A model generated the notes under the pieces. It had not been told where the DNA came from. It saw only the letters and a program-made list of their open reading frames with translations, and searched no databases. A DNA stretch of 62,373 bases, filler included, from Choristocarpus tenellus KU-1152 (taxonomy: Eukaryota; Protista; Phaeophyceae): NCBI GenBank assembly GCA_964200185.2. It is 12 parts of 12 records of this genome, joined end to end, with 100 filler letters (N's around TTAATTAATTAA, not from the genome) between each part and the next. Parts side by side here need not be neighbours in the genome. Positions count along the whole stretch, not along the records: positions 7,524 to 13,083 come from CAXNAD020010431.1; positions 13,184 to 16,580 come from CAXNAD020020316.1; positions 16,681 to 20,412 come from CAXNAD020018250.1; positions 20,513 to 26,169 come from CAXNAD020010107.1; 8 more parts are not named here. One strand, written 5' to 3'. The position numbers were made by a program, and so were the translations under genes. Shown piece after piece: positions 12,276 to 24,799 of this stretch (positions are counted from its first letter, which is position 1; each line of letters starts with the position of its first letter).

Positions 12276-13839
12276 CTACGACGAGCACATTAAACCAGAT
12301 TTGACTACTAAGGACAAACGAACATCTCTGAGTGAAAAAAGTGACTTACTGTGCAATAATAGAGGTGCTGCAATAAAATTAAACGAAGAGATGGTAATAT
12401 CTTTAGATAGATAGTTCGAGGATGTACCTAGGAGTACATCCTCGAGGTGCAATAGCGGCACGTGGACGCAGCAGTTAGAATAACTTGGAGACACATACAT
12501 GAAAGTGACAGGTACTCGTATGTACAAAGTACATAGGTTTTGGACAAGATTCGAGTACAGCAGGCGTGAGTTCGAGTGTTACGCGTTCAAGGTTAGGGCT
12601 AGGGTTAGGGCTAGGATCAGAGAGAGAAGTTGTACCCACATAGAGAACTAACTGGAAGAGGATCGTGACAAAGTTCAATCTGCTCACCAACAAACAGAGA
12701 CTCACCTACACAAGCAAACAAAAAAAGTCAGCAGCGAGGTCGAATCAGTAACTCACACCAGCCTCTCTCTCCCAACATGCGAGAGGCGCGCACGAACAAA
12801 AAATATATATACATATTATTTTTTACAGAAAAGGATGTTGCAAATAAAATAATACATACATATATATATATGCATATATCGTCGGTGGAAAGAGAGGTAA
12901 CAGTCCAATCAAAACATAAGCAACAAAAAAACAAAACAATGAGAATATAAGAAAGTAATCAATCAAAACACAACAATAAAAAAAAACATCAACAACAAAA
13001 AAACCCACCACCACCAACAGCAACATACTCTGAGGTGCGGGGGGGGGGGGGAACACGCGACGCACGAACCCATTCACAAACAGNNNNNNNNNNNNNNNNN
13101 NNNNNNNNNNNNNNNNNNNNNNNNNNNTTAATTAATTAANNNNNNNNNNNNNNNNNNNNNNNNNNNNNNNNNNNNNNNNNNNNCCCCCCCTGATACTTTG
13201 GGCCTTTTGCATTTCTAACCTGTTGCAAATTTTGAAAAAAAATTGAAAACGTGCCCAGATTTTGAATGCTCCTTGCTGAAGGAATGTCCTATGGACATTC
13301 CTGTGTGAAGAAGAGGCTACTGGATTTGGAGATGTCTTTCTTGTAGATATCGCCAAATATCACTTTTGTTACGTTATTTTTTTTCCCTGGGTTGCAGCCT
13401 TGTAACTGCTTATTGATTACAAAACAAAAATTGTAGCCATGAACAAAAAAAAACTTCCAAGGAGACAGCCTAATTTGTTGTAACTCTGCTGAAAGACTTA
13501 AAAGGTCCAACTCCATTCACAGTGAATATTTTGTGTGTGTGATGATCTATCAAGTATCACTTGTGCCCCTGACCCTGACCCTAACCCTGAGATACCTACG
13601 ATGGTGGTAAGGCCCCTAGTATCCTACTAGACTGCGGAGTCGGGCATCCACTTGAGGCCTTTGTGAACCTGTGTAGATTTTCATGTCATGTGAGTGAATG
13701 TGTCAGATGTAAGGATTATTTCCTTAATCTCAACACGCCTTCCTTTTCCATCCCCCAGCCTGAACTAAATCTGAAGGAAAATCACTAACAAAACGGGCAT
13801 AAACCTGGGGTATAATACAACAACCTATCAAGCCCTGAA

Positions 13840-14089
13840 GGCTCAAAGTATCTGGGGGGGNNNNNNNNNNGGAGTATATAACAAAATCCACCTAAACCGT
13901 CAGGGTGGTGGGGTGGTGGGGGGGGGGGGGGGGGGGTGACTGTCCATTTGGGGTCAATTTTTTCATTTTGCAATTTTTGTGTGATTTGGTTGCATACGTC
14001 GGATGGATGATGTAAGTGGACTATTCCTGGTTATGTCCCAAATGGACACCTTGGTGTAGACCCTCCTCCCCTCCCAGATACTTTGGGTC
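13840..14089 (-). mobile_element. MITE family A copy (TIR G(G/A)C(T/C)CAAAGTATCTGGGGGG) with candidate TGAA target-site duplication
   Basis: Ends ggctcaaagtatctggggggg and cccagatactttgggtc; TGAA at 13836-13839 and 14090-14093; interior is the reverse complement of the copies at 15348 and 16681. Confidence 0.75.
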
Positions 14090-15347
14090 TGAATGGACAA
14101 CCTGGTATAAACACCACCCCAAACAAGATACTCTGGGCCTGACCAATACATACCCTATACACAAGTTATTGCAGGTTTTTCGCAGAGTTTTATGGAAGGA
14201 TAACTGGTGCGACAAATTAGCTCTCTCATGGGTTAAGGTAGAATGGAAATATGTTGCGCCCAGACAGGCAGGGTAATTAGATACAAACTGGAACGTATAT
14301 TTACCGTCAATACCACAATAACCGATACTTGCGAGGCTACGAATTACGATGAAGTGAAGTACCAGTGTCTTTTTGTCTGAGCATTGTGTAGTTGTAGAGA
14401 GAGTATCAAGCACTAGATTGTCAGCATCAGTGGAATTATATGATTGTGAAAGAACCAGGCAGAGGTATATACTAACTTACCCCTCGTCCCCACCTCCTAC
14501 GGCTAAGTGAGGTTAGAAGCATACTAGTGTCTACACCACTTTTTTGGTGAACATTTTTATGGGGGCGCTATATTGTCATTTTTCACATAGTGTAAATTTA
14601 AGGGAGGTGTCGTAGCATTGGCGACAGCTGTTGTATTTACAGTACCTAGTAATATATTTTTTGTTTTGGTGTTTCCTTGACACATTTGTAAAATATCGGA
14701 GGGTGCAATAATATGTAGGTGCTACCGACTAGATGCTGTTGTCAATATATATAGTGACAGTATAAAATATAGCGTGTTACCCATCTACAAATTCCCCAAT
14801 ATCTGGTTGGGAATTTCTGGTTTGGCCCCAAAGTGGTACGTCCTACGATTCTTACGCTGTATTTTGTACTGCAATAACAGGTGAGACAAAAAAAACTCAC
14901 CGACTACAAGGGGATCATTTGATTCTACTTATTTTAATGTCAACACCTTTGCAGTGGAAGTTTTGAGTGTCTTGGTAAGCAAGCAGAGAGTTTCCTGGAT
15001 GGGTTCACCACCCACGCATTAGGGGGGAGAGGGGCTGTGAGGTATCGCCGGAAAGGTACTGTGAAGTCTTGTTTGAGACAGATAGAGTCTTTACAGCACA
15101 AGTGACTCAGACACATCCTGCACTTCAACCTTGAGGCACACGGCAGGAGGGCTAGAATTGGCCTAAACGATTTTTGGGATGTTTCCCTAGCTCCTTGCCC
15201 ACTTTCTTGGGGCTAGAGTAGAAGCATGGCGGTGTGCATATTACTACTTAGAAGAGAACTGTCTCCAAGTGGACATAGTCGTGTTGTTAGTTTTCAAATA
15301 GTGCTCTGCAGTACATCCTTTATGGAGGTACCTTAGCTTTGACAATG

Positions 15348-15524
15348 GGCTCAAAGTATCTGAAGGGGGTGGGGGTCTACACTTGGGTGTCCATTCGGGC
15401 TCTGACCAGGAGAAGTGCACTTACATTTTCTGACGCATGCAACTAATTCACCCAAAAATCGCAACATGGAAAAATAAGCCCCGAATGGACGGCCGACAGC
15501 CTCCCCCCCCAGATACTTTGAGGC
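15348..15524 (+). mobile_element. MITE family A copy (177 bp)
   Basis: ggctcaaagtatctg...gggtctacac...gggtgtccatt...ccccccccagatactttgaggc; TIRs plus the shared interior. Confidence 0.78.
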
Positions 15525-16565
15525 ACGACTACTAATAACACGGAATATTTCTAATTCAGAGTGACTCACTGAAACCTAGAATGATCACTCCTCGCAATCC
15601 AATTTCATAGGCTATTTAGTTCTTCTAGATTGGGACTTCCTGATGCAAGATGTGCTTTGTCCCTGGTGGGGAGCTTGTTGAAACGAGGCCAAGTCTGGCA
15701 TCATGTCGTGCACGTGTGTGCACTGTGTTAGTATTTTATGCATGAACCCACCTCACTCAGTTACCACGATCATGCTTGTTTATTTTGGTATACCCCCATA
15801 CATTGTGTGTGAATGTGTGCTGATTTTGTTTTCCACTACTATTCCTACTGCTTTCAACCAGTACAACTTCTACCACTGGCAACACTACAATCACTGACAG
15901 CTTTGCACAGGATGCTGATTTCTACCAGCACTCTTTTTTCTCCTCCAAACCCTCTTCTAGTTTAATTTGGCTGTGGTCGTCAATAGTGTACTCCTTAGTT
16001 TCATTTTGTAGTGCTATTAATAGGGGTAGTGATGATGGTTTGAGGAAACAGCAAATGACAATGTGTATTGAGTAATAATAACTTTGACAACAGCAATGCT
16101 GCTGTTCTTGTTGTAGAAAAGAAGGAGAACGAGAGCAATGACAACAAGCGAGTAAATAAATCTGAACTGGTAATGGCACTACTAGTACCAGTACCAGCGG
16201 TAGTACTAATCGACCATAATGTTGAGGTGATGAACAATATGAAACCACTCTCTGTTGTCTGTGCCGATACAACATAACAACAACAGGCGCTCGCTACACA
16301 GCAACAACAATATTATCTAGCATTAGAAGTAGTAGGAGTGGCAGTAGATCGAACCTCTTCTACGTCTTGCAACCACTAACAGAGAGAGAGATAACATGAA
16401 GGAATCACAATAACAAGGTAATAAATGAAAAATATAGGATTAGGCGGGAAGGAAGTAGAATGTATGTTAGGCACTTGTTGGACATGTCCTTATCAGTACT
16501 CCATCAAACACAACTCTACGGGGGGTCAAAACAGAGAGGCTTTCCATACGGTAGATGATACAACT

Positions 16566-16833
16566 GACCCAAAGTATCTGNNNNNNNNNNNNNNNNNNNN
16601 NNNNNNNNNNNNNNNNNNNNNNNNTTAATTAATTAANNNNNNNNNNNNNNNNNNNNNNNNNNNNNNNNNNNNNNNNNNNNGGGGGGTCTACACCAGGGTG
16701 TCCATTTGGGCCATGGCCAGGAAAAGTGCACTCCATTATCCATCCGACGTATGCAACCAAATCACTCAAAATTCGCGACATGAAAAAATTGACCTCAAAT
16801 GTAGGGCCACCACCCCCCCAGATACTTTGAGCC
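16566..16833 (+). mobile_element. MITE family A copy split by the linker (left TIR 16566-16580, remainder 16681-16833); isolated TIR ends also at 13184-13204 and 33736-33775
   Basis: gacccaaagtatctg | ggggggtctacaccagggtgtccatt...ccccccagatactttgagcc. Confidence 0.72.
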
Positions 16834-17599
16834 AAAGCAGAATACAGACATGCGACAAAGAAAAAATGTAGAAACAATTCCCGAGTACAAATAATCCACA
16901 AGCATTTGAGGATAGTGACTCAGGACCGAACCTTTCACAACCCTTACCGATGCAGGACCAGCAGACATTTCAAACACATGAAGAACTAGGCCATGGTCCC
17001 AACAAGACCTTTTACAACTGCCTGGCCCATCTAGAGCTCTACTCATAACCCACCCCACCCATTGCGTCCCAGAAGCAGGGGAGTCCCTTCAGAGCCAAGA
17101 TCCTATAAAATGGCGGTACATCTGGGCAAAGGCCTCCTACCAGTGTGACGTTCTACCTAATGCTATCCCAGACTCTCACTACACCCTGACTAGGGTAGAG
17201 TAATAAAGAGGTAGTGGACTATCTGGGGGTAGAGTTTGTAGGGATTGATACGCTGCCTTACCATTAGAATAGTAGTCCTTAAACAAGCAGGACTATGAAT
17301 GTTACCCCAGTGGTACAAATGGCATCTCAAATATCGACAAAATCAACTCATGAGGGTTCAAACCATTGTCATTGAAAAAATATATATATCGACACTTTAT
17401 CCCAGTCAATTTTGGGTCAAGCCCATCCTCAATGAAAAGCTCCATCCTCAATTTTTGAAATCGGCTATTCATGGCTGTACTGTTTCCCCAACTCCATTCA
17501 CATCAAGAGGGAAAATATGGACTGCAAGGGGGTCCAGGAAACAGAGGTTGGTCATAGGCTCAAGGACAGGAAGACGCTCTAGCGCATCTTCAGCCCACC

Positions 17600-18430
17600 A
17601 TTGCAATGGCTACATTAATAATAGGACCTCACACATCATTCCTACGGCAAGCACCAAACCTACAATACAGAGACAAGCCTTGGTAGGCATGACCTCTGCC
17701 TGGTCCCACACAAGAAGTTGGCAGGACTGTTTGGTATGGCATTACATGACAGGGGGGAGAAGGACTGGGGAGGATTACTGATGCATGTGTGAGATTATGG
17801 GCGAAGGAGTCAGAGGAATTCACAACGGCGCCCTGCCGCATCTGAGGTGCAGATAGCAGAACATGCATGAAGTGGTGGCATCTGTAGTCTATGAAGGGTA
17901 TCTGCTGCCGGGACAGGGATGACTGGGACCGGAAGATGGACCACAGAGACAGGAAAGTCGAAGAAGGAACCTAAGGGACAAAGGGTCAGTGGCGATCTGG
18001 CAGATCAGATACCGACAGCTCTGAAAGGGATGACAGACTGTTGATCAACAGAATTATTAAGGGAATGGGGAAATCGGGGTCACCAGAAGATCGGGAGAGG
18101 GACCGGGCTGGGAGGGAAGAAGGCAAGATGGGAGGAGATGAGGAAGACCGTGGGGGCCAGGAGAGGGGACTTGGCACGTGGGAGTTTGAGTGAGGGGGGA
18201 TGAGGGATGCATATGGGATGGACACAAGACAGAGATTGTGTACTTTGAGATGTAGGTAGGTCACGTGTGGTGAGAGGTAAGAGGCAGTAAGCTGATGGCA
18301 AAGGAAAGAAGTATGGAAGTCGATTGAGCCACAATAAGGAATCACAGTCGTAGGTGAACAAAGATGTGGCAGGAGGGAAGTGGAGACCACTTTACCTTCC
18401 TCAATGGTGAAAGTGATTTGCAACATTTCT
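17600..18430 (-). pseudogene. Highly decayed retroelement-like remnant (possibly a non-LTR endonuclease region)
   Basis: Strong purine/pyrimidine skew and broken Pro/Ser-rich frames with weak SxYxPP, GDxD and IDY traces. The assignment is weak. Confidence 0.25.
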
Positions 18431-20277
18431 TACGCTCAAAATATAAGACACGCTCATCTACCAGGCAGTGACTGAGGGGAAAGAAGGCATCGAAGGGATT
18501 GGTGAGACTCCTGTTACTGGGTCTGTTATGACAACAGATCTACTATCTGCGGTTTCGTTACTGGTGAGGGAAATGGTCCAACTTTACATTTGGCAACACC
18601 AGTGATACTTAAACTCATGCATGCAAAGCACACATACTTGCAACCTTGAAGTTAAGTCAGCCCACTGACCTCACTCGTGACCAAAGGATGGATGGATGAA
18701 CAGCAAAGTACGCTACACGTATCGGTAGGTTGGCTATCCCAGACCCAGGAGCAGGAATCTCTGCAGACCCACACCAATCCTACCTTCAGTTATCATCCTG
18801 TCAATAGCCTGTCTAGCAGTTTCTACAGAAGAAATACGGGATTTGTTCCTTGTAAAGGGATTATCAGTGTTCAGCTGATTCATAAAAGACCCCGGACCTC
18901 TGTTGAGGACCCTTCAAGAAACCCTCCAACAACCTAGGATTGACCTGTGGTGGCCTTCACTAATCCTCCTGTGCCCTAGAACCCTATCCCTGATTCCTAA
19001 ACTTGCCAAGGCGTACCTATCCAAGGGAGAGCAGTCATAACAACCTCGACCTGGACACTTAGTTCAAAGTAGTCTGGAGTACTTGGTGTACATGGCCTCG
19101 AAGCAACTATTACACACATCAAGACAAAATCCAATTTATTTTTTTCAAGTCACAAGGAGTGCCATTATTGCAAATGGTGGGGTCGCTGCAGTGATCAAAA
19201 GTGCTGTTCGGAAGGTCCTTCTAGATAGATGGAGACCAAGAATAATGACATAGAATACATCAATTTATTGCAAGTTATGGAAAAGAAAGACCATACATAG
19301 GGTCACTTAGTCAGCTTACTCCATACTCTGTAGGAGAAAAAAAACTTTGAAAGTATGTGGAGGAATTATTAAGTCTCTTTCTTGGTCACTCTCCCTCTAG
19401 TTCAATGCAGTACGTACATTTTGACTCACTTTCCGATATATTTGACTCTCTCATGCAGTCTCTCCCCTGATTCATAGGCTCACAAGAAATCCGGTCAATC
19501 TAACTACCATACTGAAGACACCCACAACTTTCATCTTGGGACAAGAACTCAAACCAACAACATCAGCCACACTTGACAATGCAAGGAGCTGAAGCATCAG
19601 GGAGAGAGCCTATATTGCATAGAGCCACCACAACCAAGCCTGTCCAATGTGAAGAAAGGCCTTGACAGCATAGCCCTTCATTTGTACAACTGTACAACAC
19701 CCAATACAGTTCCTATCGTTGGTCAGGTCAAGTTTAGTCAGGTACAAACACACTTGACTGTACGGATACAGTGCCTCACAAGGTACCGCCATTTTCCCTG
19801 ACCAGTTCAGTAGATGAACCAATCCTCCCCATTATCGGTGATCACAATAACAGGGAATACAATCCCCAGGCATCCCAGAATGCCTTAATGCTATCTTCTT
19901 CTTCTACCTCCCCCTCTAATGAGTTCACATCATACCCTTCCAGGTTGTCAAGCACCTCATCCTTACAGGCACCATTGCCGATCTCATCCCCATCATCACA
20001 TTCACCTCCAAGACCACCATCCAATCGGCTGCCTTTGCCACCAAGTCTGCTATTGCCTACCCCTGCCCCTTTTCTAAATGCCCAAACTCGACCCCTCTTG
20101 CTGCCAGCCACAGCAACGATGTGAGCGCATGCCCTTGCCTGCAACCTTGCAAACCGTTCATTCATGAATCTACTGGGGGAGGGGGGGGAGTAAGGGGGGT
20201 GAGATCATCCGCCAACACCAACACCAAGGCAAACATTGTTGCTGTGTGCAAGAGAGGGTGCTTATGTATCGTCTGTC

Positions 20278-20281
<4 letters not shown>

Positions 20282-20339
<58 letters not shown>
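20282..20339. repeat. (GT)n(GA)n compound microsatellite
   Basis: Seen directly. Confidence 0.92.
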
Positions 20340-20342
<3 letters not shown>

Positions 20343-20512
20343 ACAGCTCACAAAACAGCCAAAAGATGGTGATGGTCATTGTTAGGGGGGGGGGGGGAAT
20401 AACGGCAAACCANNNNNNNNNNNNNNNNNNNNNNNNNNNNNNNNNNNNNNNNNNNNTTAATTAATTAANNNNNNNNNNNNNNNNNNNNNNNNNNNNNNNN
20501 NNNNNNNNNNNN

Positions 20513-20588
20513 GTACTTTTTTAAGACGATTTTCGCAAAACAACCATCCTCATTGTCCCGCTCCATCCTCAATTTTGAGAATCTGCTG
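20513..20588. mobile_element. Dispersed repeat family B terminus; related copies at 7524-7567 and about 17420-17467
   Basis: Shared catcctca-N6-gctccatcctcaatttt..aatc..ct(g/a). The end reads CAG/TAG on the minus strand, compatible with a DNA-transposon TIR. Confidence 0.55.
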
Positions 20589-20801
20589 TTCTTGACCTTG
20601 CCCCGAAAGTTCGATTCAATTCGATTCAATTCGATTTATTGAAATATTCCTATACTTAATTTGATTGTGGTACTCATAATACTCATAAATAGCCCTTTCC
20701 CTCCACAAACTCCGTTGATGTTGATATCAAATGAGTTTGTAAATCCCATCTTGTCATGATAACAAGGTTCTGCTCACTAGCTCAAGCTCCGCAACCGTTT
20801 C

Positions 20802-23387
20802 ATGAAGGGAGATGATGCTAGCGCACTTCCCCGCCACGTGCGAAACCAGGGGTGCTCATGTATGGGTCTTGCTGGGATAGTAGTGTGGCTGGCTCTACAT
20901 TTCGTTAGTGTTAACGGCTTCCATGGTAGCTTGTTTGTAACAGATGGCACAGGGTATTTTTCGCAACAGATGCCCCCACGAAATTATAAAATGCCTCCTG
21001 GTCGAGGGCGGTGCAGATTATCACGTTCTTTACTAATGCAGGGCGTGGTACCAGATTCGCTGCGAGACGTGGTCATTGAACAGATCGAGCTGCATGGGGG
21101 GGGGAAAGTGAAAGAGGTGAAGGAAACAACCCCTGGGCCGGGATTGCACAATCGACACTTCAAATACACCACCACTGAAGGGCAATATTTCGCCAAGATC
21201 TCCGAGGTGTCTGCCTCTGACAACTTTCGAGCAGAAGCTGCAGGCCTTGAGGTGAGAAATTGACGAAGGAGAAACCTTGCGTTGCTGTTCACGAACATAT
21301 GCAAGACGTTAACCCCTGATGACTTGACTCGACCGACGTGCACCATCGCAGTGACACAAAGCTAATATTACACTTATCCCTCACACTCGCCTCTCGCCCT
21401 GTCGCGTATGTTTAACCTACACCAGGCTATTCTTGCCACTGGCTGCTTGAAAGCTCCAACACCCATTGCACACGGACTTCTCCAACTCGGGGGCTCCTAC
21501 CTCCTGATGGAACATATACCCTTCATACCCTTCGGACAGTCGATCCCCTCCGTTCTGGAAAAGTTGGCGCTGGGGCTCGCGACTATGCATCTGCAAGACC
21601 CCCCTCCTAATGTGGAAGGTATAGTAAGTGGGAGCTCAATCTTGGGGTAGAACTACCGGGGCATTTATTGTTTTGTTATAATGCGACACTCACTATTCTT
21701 GAAGATACACTGCTCACTATTCCCAAAAAGTTCACAAGTGTGTGTTGCCACCATCTATTTGAGGTGATGAGATGAGAGGTGTTCCACTTTCATCCCCAGT
21801 AGACTGTATAGGCAATAATATGTAACTCAGCCTTGGCCCTGCCTTGACTCTCACAGGTTTCGGTTTCCATGTAAACAACTACCTGGGTATGTCAACACAA
21901 GACAACTCTTGGAATGAGGACTTTTCGATTTTTTTTCTGAAACACCGTCTGGAACCACAGTTCCGTCATGCCTGTGCTAAGTTCAAAACCAAGTATGGCA
22001 CCAACAATGAAGATGCATGTGCATTTGAGAGCCTGGTTGATAGGGTCCTTGCCCGCAGCAATAAGATCTTGGATCCAGTGCGACATTTGAGGCCAAGTTT
22101 GCTTCATGGAGGTGAAACCAGGGATTTGAAGTACATCCAATGAGATTGAATGCATCAATGCATACTGGAGATGACAATTGTTTCCTATTTCAGATAGGAG
22201 TGTTCTGAACAACAAGCATGTCGAAGTTTATCTAGTGGGACCCAATCACGAGTATATCCTTGCTTTCTTTGCCCCCTTCCTTTATTTTGGGCCTTTTGAA
22301 ATGCTGACAATATCTCGTAGTATCGTCACACACCCAGAAAAAGTTCCCTTGTATTGTTGCTCCTCCTGAGTGTGTAAAAAACCTTTGCTTTATAGTCTCA
22401 CGATTGCAAGTTTCATCCTTGAAACTGTGAAATGTGATCGAAATCCTGACCCATGTCATAACTTAGCCCATTACCAATACTATGTGCCACACAAAAATGA
22501 TCTAACGACAAGAAGAAAATCAACATTAATACTGTATTGGAGCAATACCCTCTGAAAGCAAGCAAAGTGAGAAGAGGGCTTCTTGGGCTTGTTTGTCGTT
22601 GCAAAATACACATAGCCCAACTTACTGGAGGATTGTCTTCATCACTCGTATATGCCAAGTCCAAAATTTCCAATAATGTAGATGCTACCCTGAGATTGCT
22701 GCACTTCTAAATCCTGTCCTTCATGAATTGATACAGATTCTTTGGGTTATAGTGAAGGACTTGAATGTAACGTTATTGTTCGTTCTATTGTAGAGAAACT
22801 CCTGAGAAGAACCCATGGTGTAAAATGTCAAGTCTACATTTGATTGGCGATCATTTTCTACTTGCCTCAAAGGTGTTAAGACAAATGTATCTCTTGGCAA
22901 CAAGACCGAAAATGTCCCCAGTTGCAAAAAACACATTTACCCTGTGCCATTGAACCTACAGTGCCCCCCTGTCTTCCTCCAAACAATACGCTGCCATTCT
23001 ATGTGTGCATGACTCTTCACTATCTGTTCACTTTCAGATTTGTGGGTTGGAAACTGTGGGGGTCTTCCAGGTGAGGGTAGAGAACGAGATGCAGCTGTGT
23101 TTGACCCTGCCTGCTGGTATGGCATACATGAATTTGACCTGGCACTTGCAACAATGTTTGGGGGGTTTGGGAAGCCTTTCTATGAGGTGTACCACTCCAT
23201 TATACCTAAGGAGGAAGGTTTTGATGAGAGGATGCAAGTGTACAAACTGTACCACTATCTCAACCATCTCAATCTGCACGGGGCGGGCTTTGGGTATGGG
23301 GGCACGGTGGAGAAGCCTCAAGGGTATTATGAGCGCTGTGTTAGTCTGATGCAAGACATTGCTGGTGTGCGTCCAATACAACGGTAG
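20802..23387 (+). CDS. FN3K: Fructosamine/ribulosamine 3-kinase family protein, complete, 4 exons, likely plastid-targeted
   Basis: Exons 20802-21251, 21426-21618, 21857-22111 and 23038-23387 in phase: YFAK, FRAEAAGLEAI, YLLMEHI, LATMH, GFGFHVNNYLGMSTQDNSW, RLEPQ, PSLLHGDLWVGN, VFDPACWYGIHEFDLA, MFGGF, LYHYLNHLNLHG. The true start may be ATG 20862. Confidence 0.93.
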
Positions 23388-24799
23388 GATATGTTCCTAA
23401 CCCTTACCCCAATGTTGAGGGGTGCGGAAAGTCGCAGGGCAATATATGTATCCTATTGGGCTGTTGACATTTCACAGCGATAAAATCCATCCCACTGGTG
23501 TGCATGTTTCTGTTCACCTTCTGGCATGAATCTAGAGGGATCTGGGGCAGATTAGGAGTTACATGAAAGAAAAAGGCGAATTTGCTGCCAAGGTTAGAAA
23601 GTAGACACAACGGCACCATCATGGCGATGCTCTGGTGAGTTATCATGATACATGTTGATACTATCGCAATTGGTTATACTGTTACGGTGAAATAGAGACA
23701 GTGTCTTCTTGGAGCACCAATGGAGGTCAGAACAAAGCAAAATTTATGTGCTGGGTTTGTTGAAGAAGTTTGACACTTGTTGCCCCAAACTGAAATCCTA
23801 GTACAGAATGACACTTTATATTTCTGTATACCCCACAGACTCCTCTGCTCCAGGTAGTTTCATAGTACATGATTTTTTGATGTCTCAGTGGCTGGTTCTA
23901 AGGGGGGTGCTTCAGGCAGGAAAAAGCTGAGGATGAAGTTATTATGAAACCCACCTTACTTTTCATTTACAAACCAATTCTTGTTTCCAAGGACTCTCCC
24001 AGCATAAAAATGAATCATTTTAATGGGAGTATGAGGACATGCTTGCATTTATCTCTGCCCCTACTGCTGTACTGTACATGCTGCACTACTACTAACAGTG
24101 CAGTATGCAATATTTGGTAATGCAAGAAAGGATACCTTGTGCTCCAGTGACACGTAAAAGTTTGACCAAAACAAGATCCGCTATGTACTGCTTTGTGATA
24201 CACTACTGTAGTGCTACATGTAGAATACAGATTGCAGAATGTAGAATCCATCAAAAGCAGCGTGTTAGGCTTCACCAATTTTGGTTAGTGTGATGGTATG
24301 ACCTTCAAGGTATTTACACTGCCAACGATCTATCTATTTACAATTTCGAATCCTTCCGGCTCCCTTTGCTTTTGTTCCATACTTGCAATTTCTATTTTTA
24401 CCTAATTTTCCACCTACTGATAAAAATGACAATTTTTGATATTAATGTGCACAGATCATACCGTAAAAGATCGTATTCCTGATAATTCTGTGGCAGGTTT
24501 TATCAAAACTCGTGAGATTGTGATCCAGAGATCCCTTGGTAGATACGGCTCAGTCTTGTTCCTGTAGCCTGGTGATGCTGATGTGGATAATTATCACACT
24601 TATGAATGCTTTGTGACGAGCTGTATTCCTTGAGGAAGGGCATAAATACATAAATCAAAGTGAGAATGCTGATGGGTTTGACCAGGCTTGAAAGAAAGGG
24701 ATGGAACTCCAATAGGAGCCTTGAGTCTTTGGAGAAGACTACACGACACAACATGATGACTTTGTATCTGTGTGTTATCTTGGTTAAGGTTAGAAGCAC

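Noticed and set aside
12416-12445. 12-bp hairpin tcgaggatgtac-ctagga-gtacatcctcga as a terminator or Helitron end
   Set aside because: No U-tract and no downstream CTRR end; an isolated palindrome.
15900-16320. Asn/Ser-rich short ORFs
   Set aside because: Degenerate trinucleotide low-complexity DNA without splice or domain support.
19000-20165. Acidic minus-strand ORF as a transposase N-terminus
   Set aside because: Downstream frames are broken and no DDE motif could be identified.
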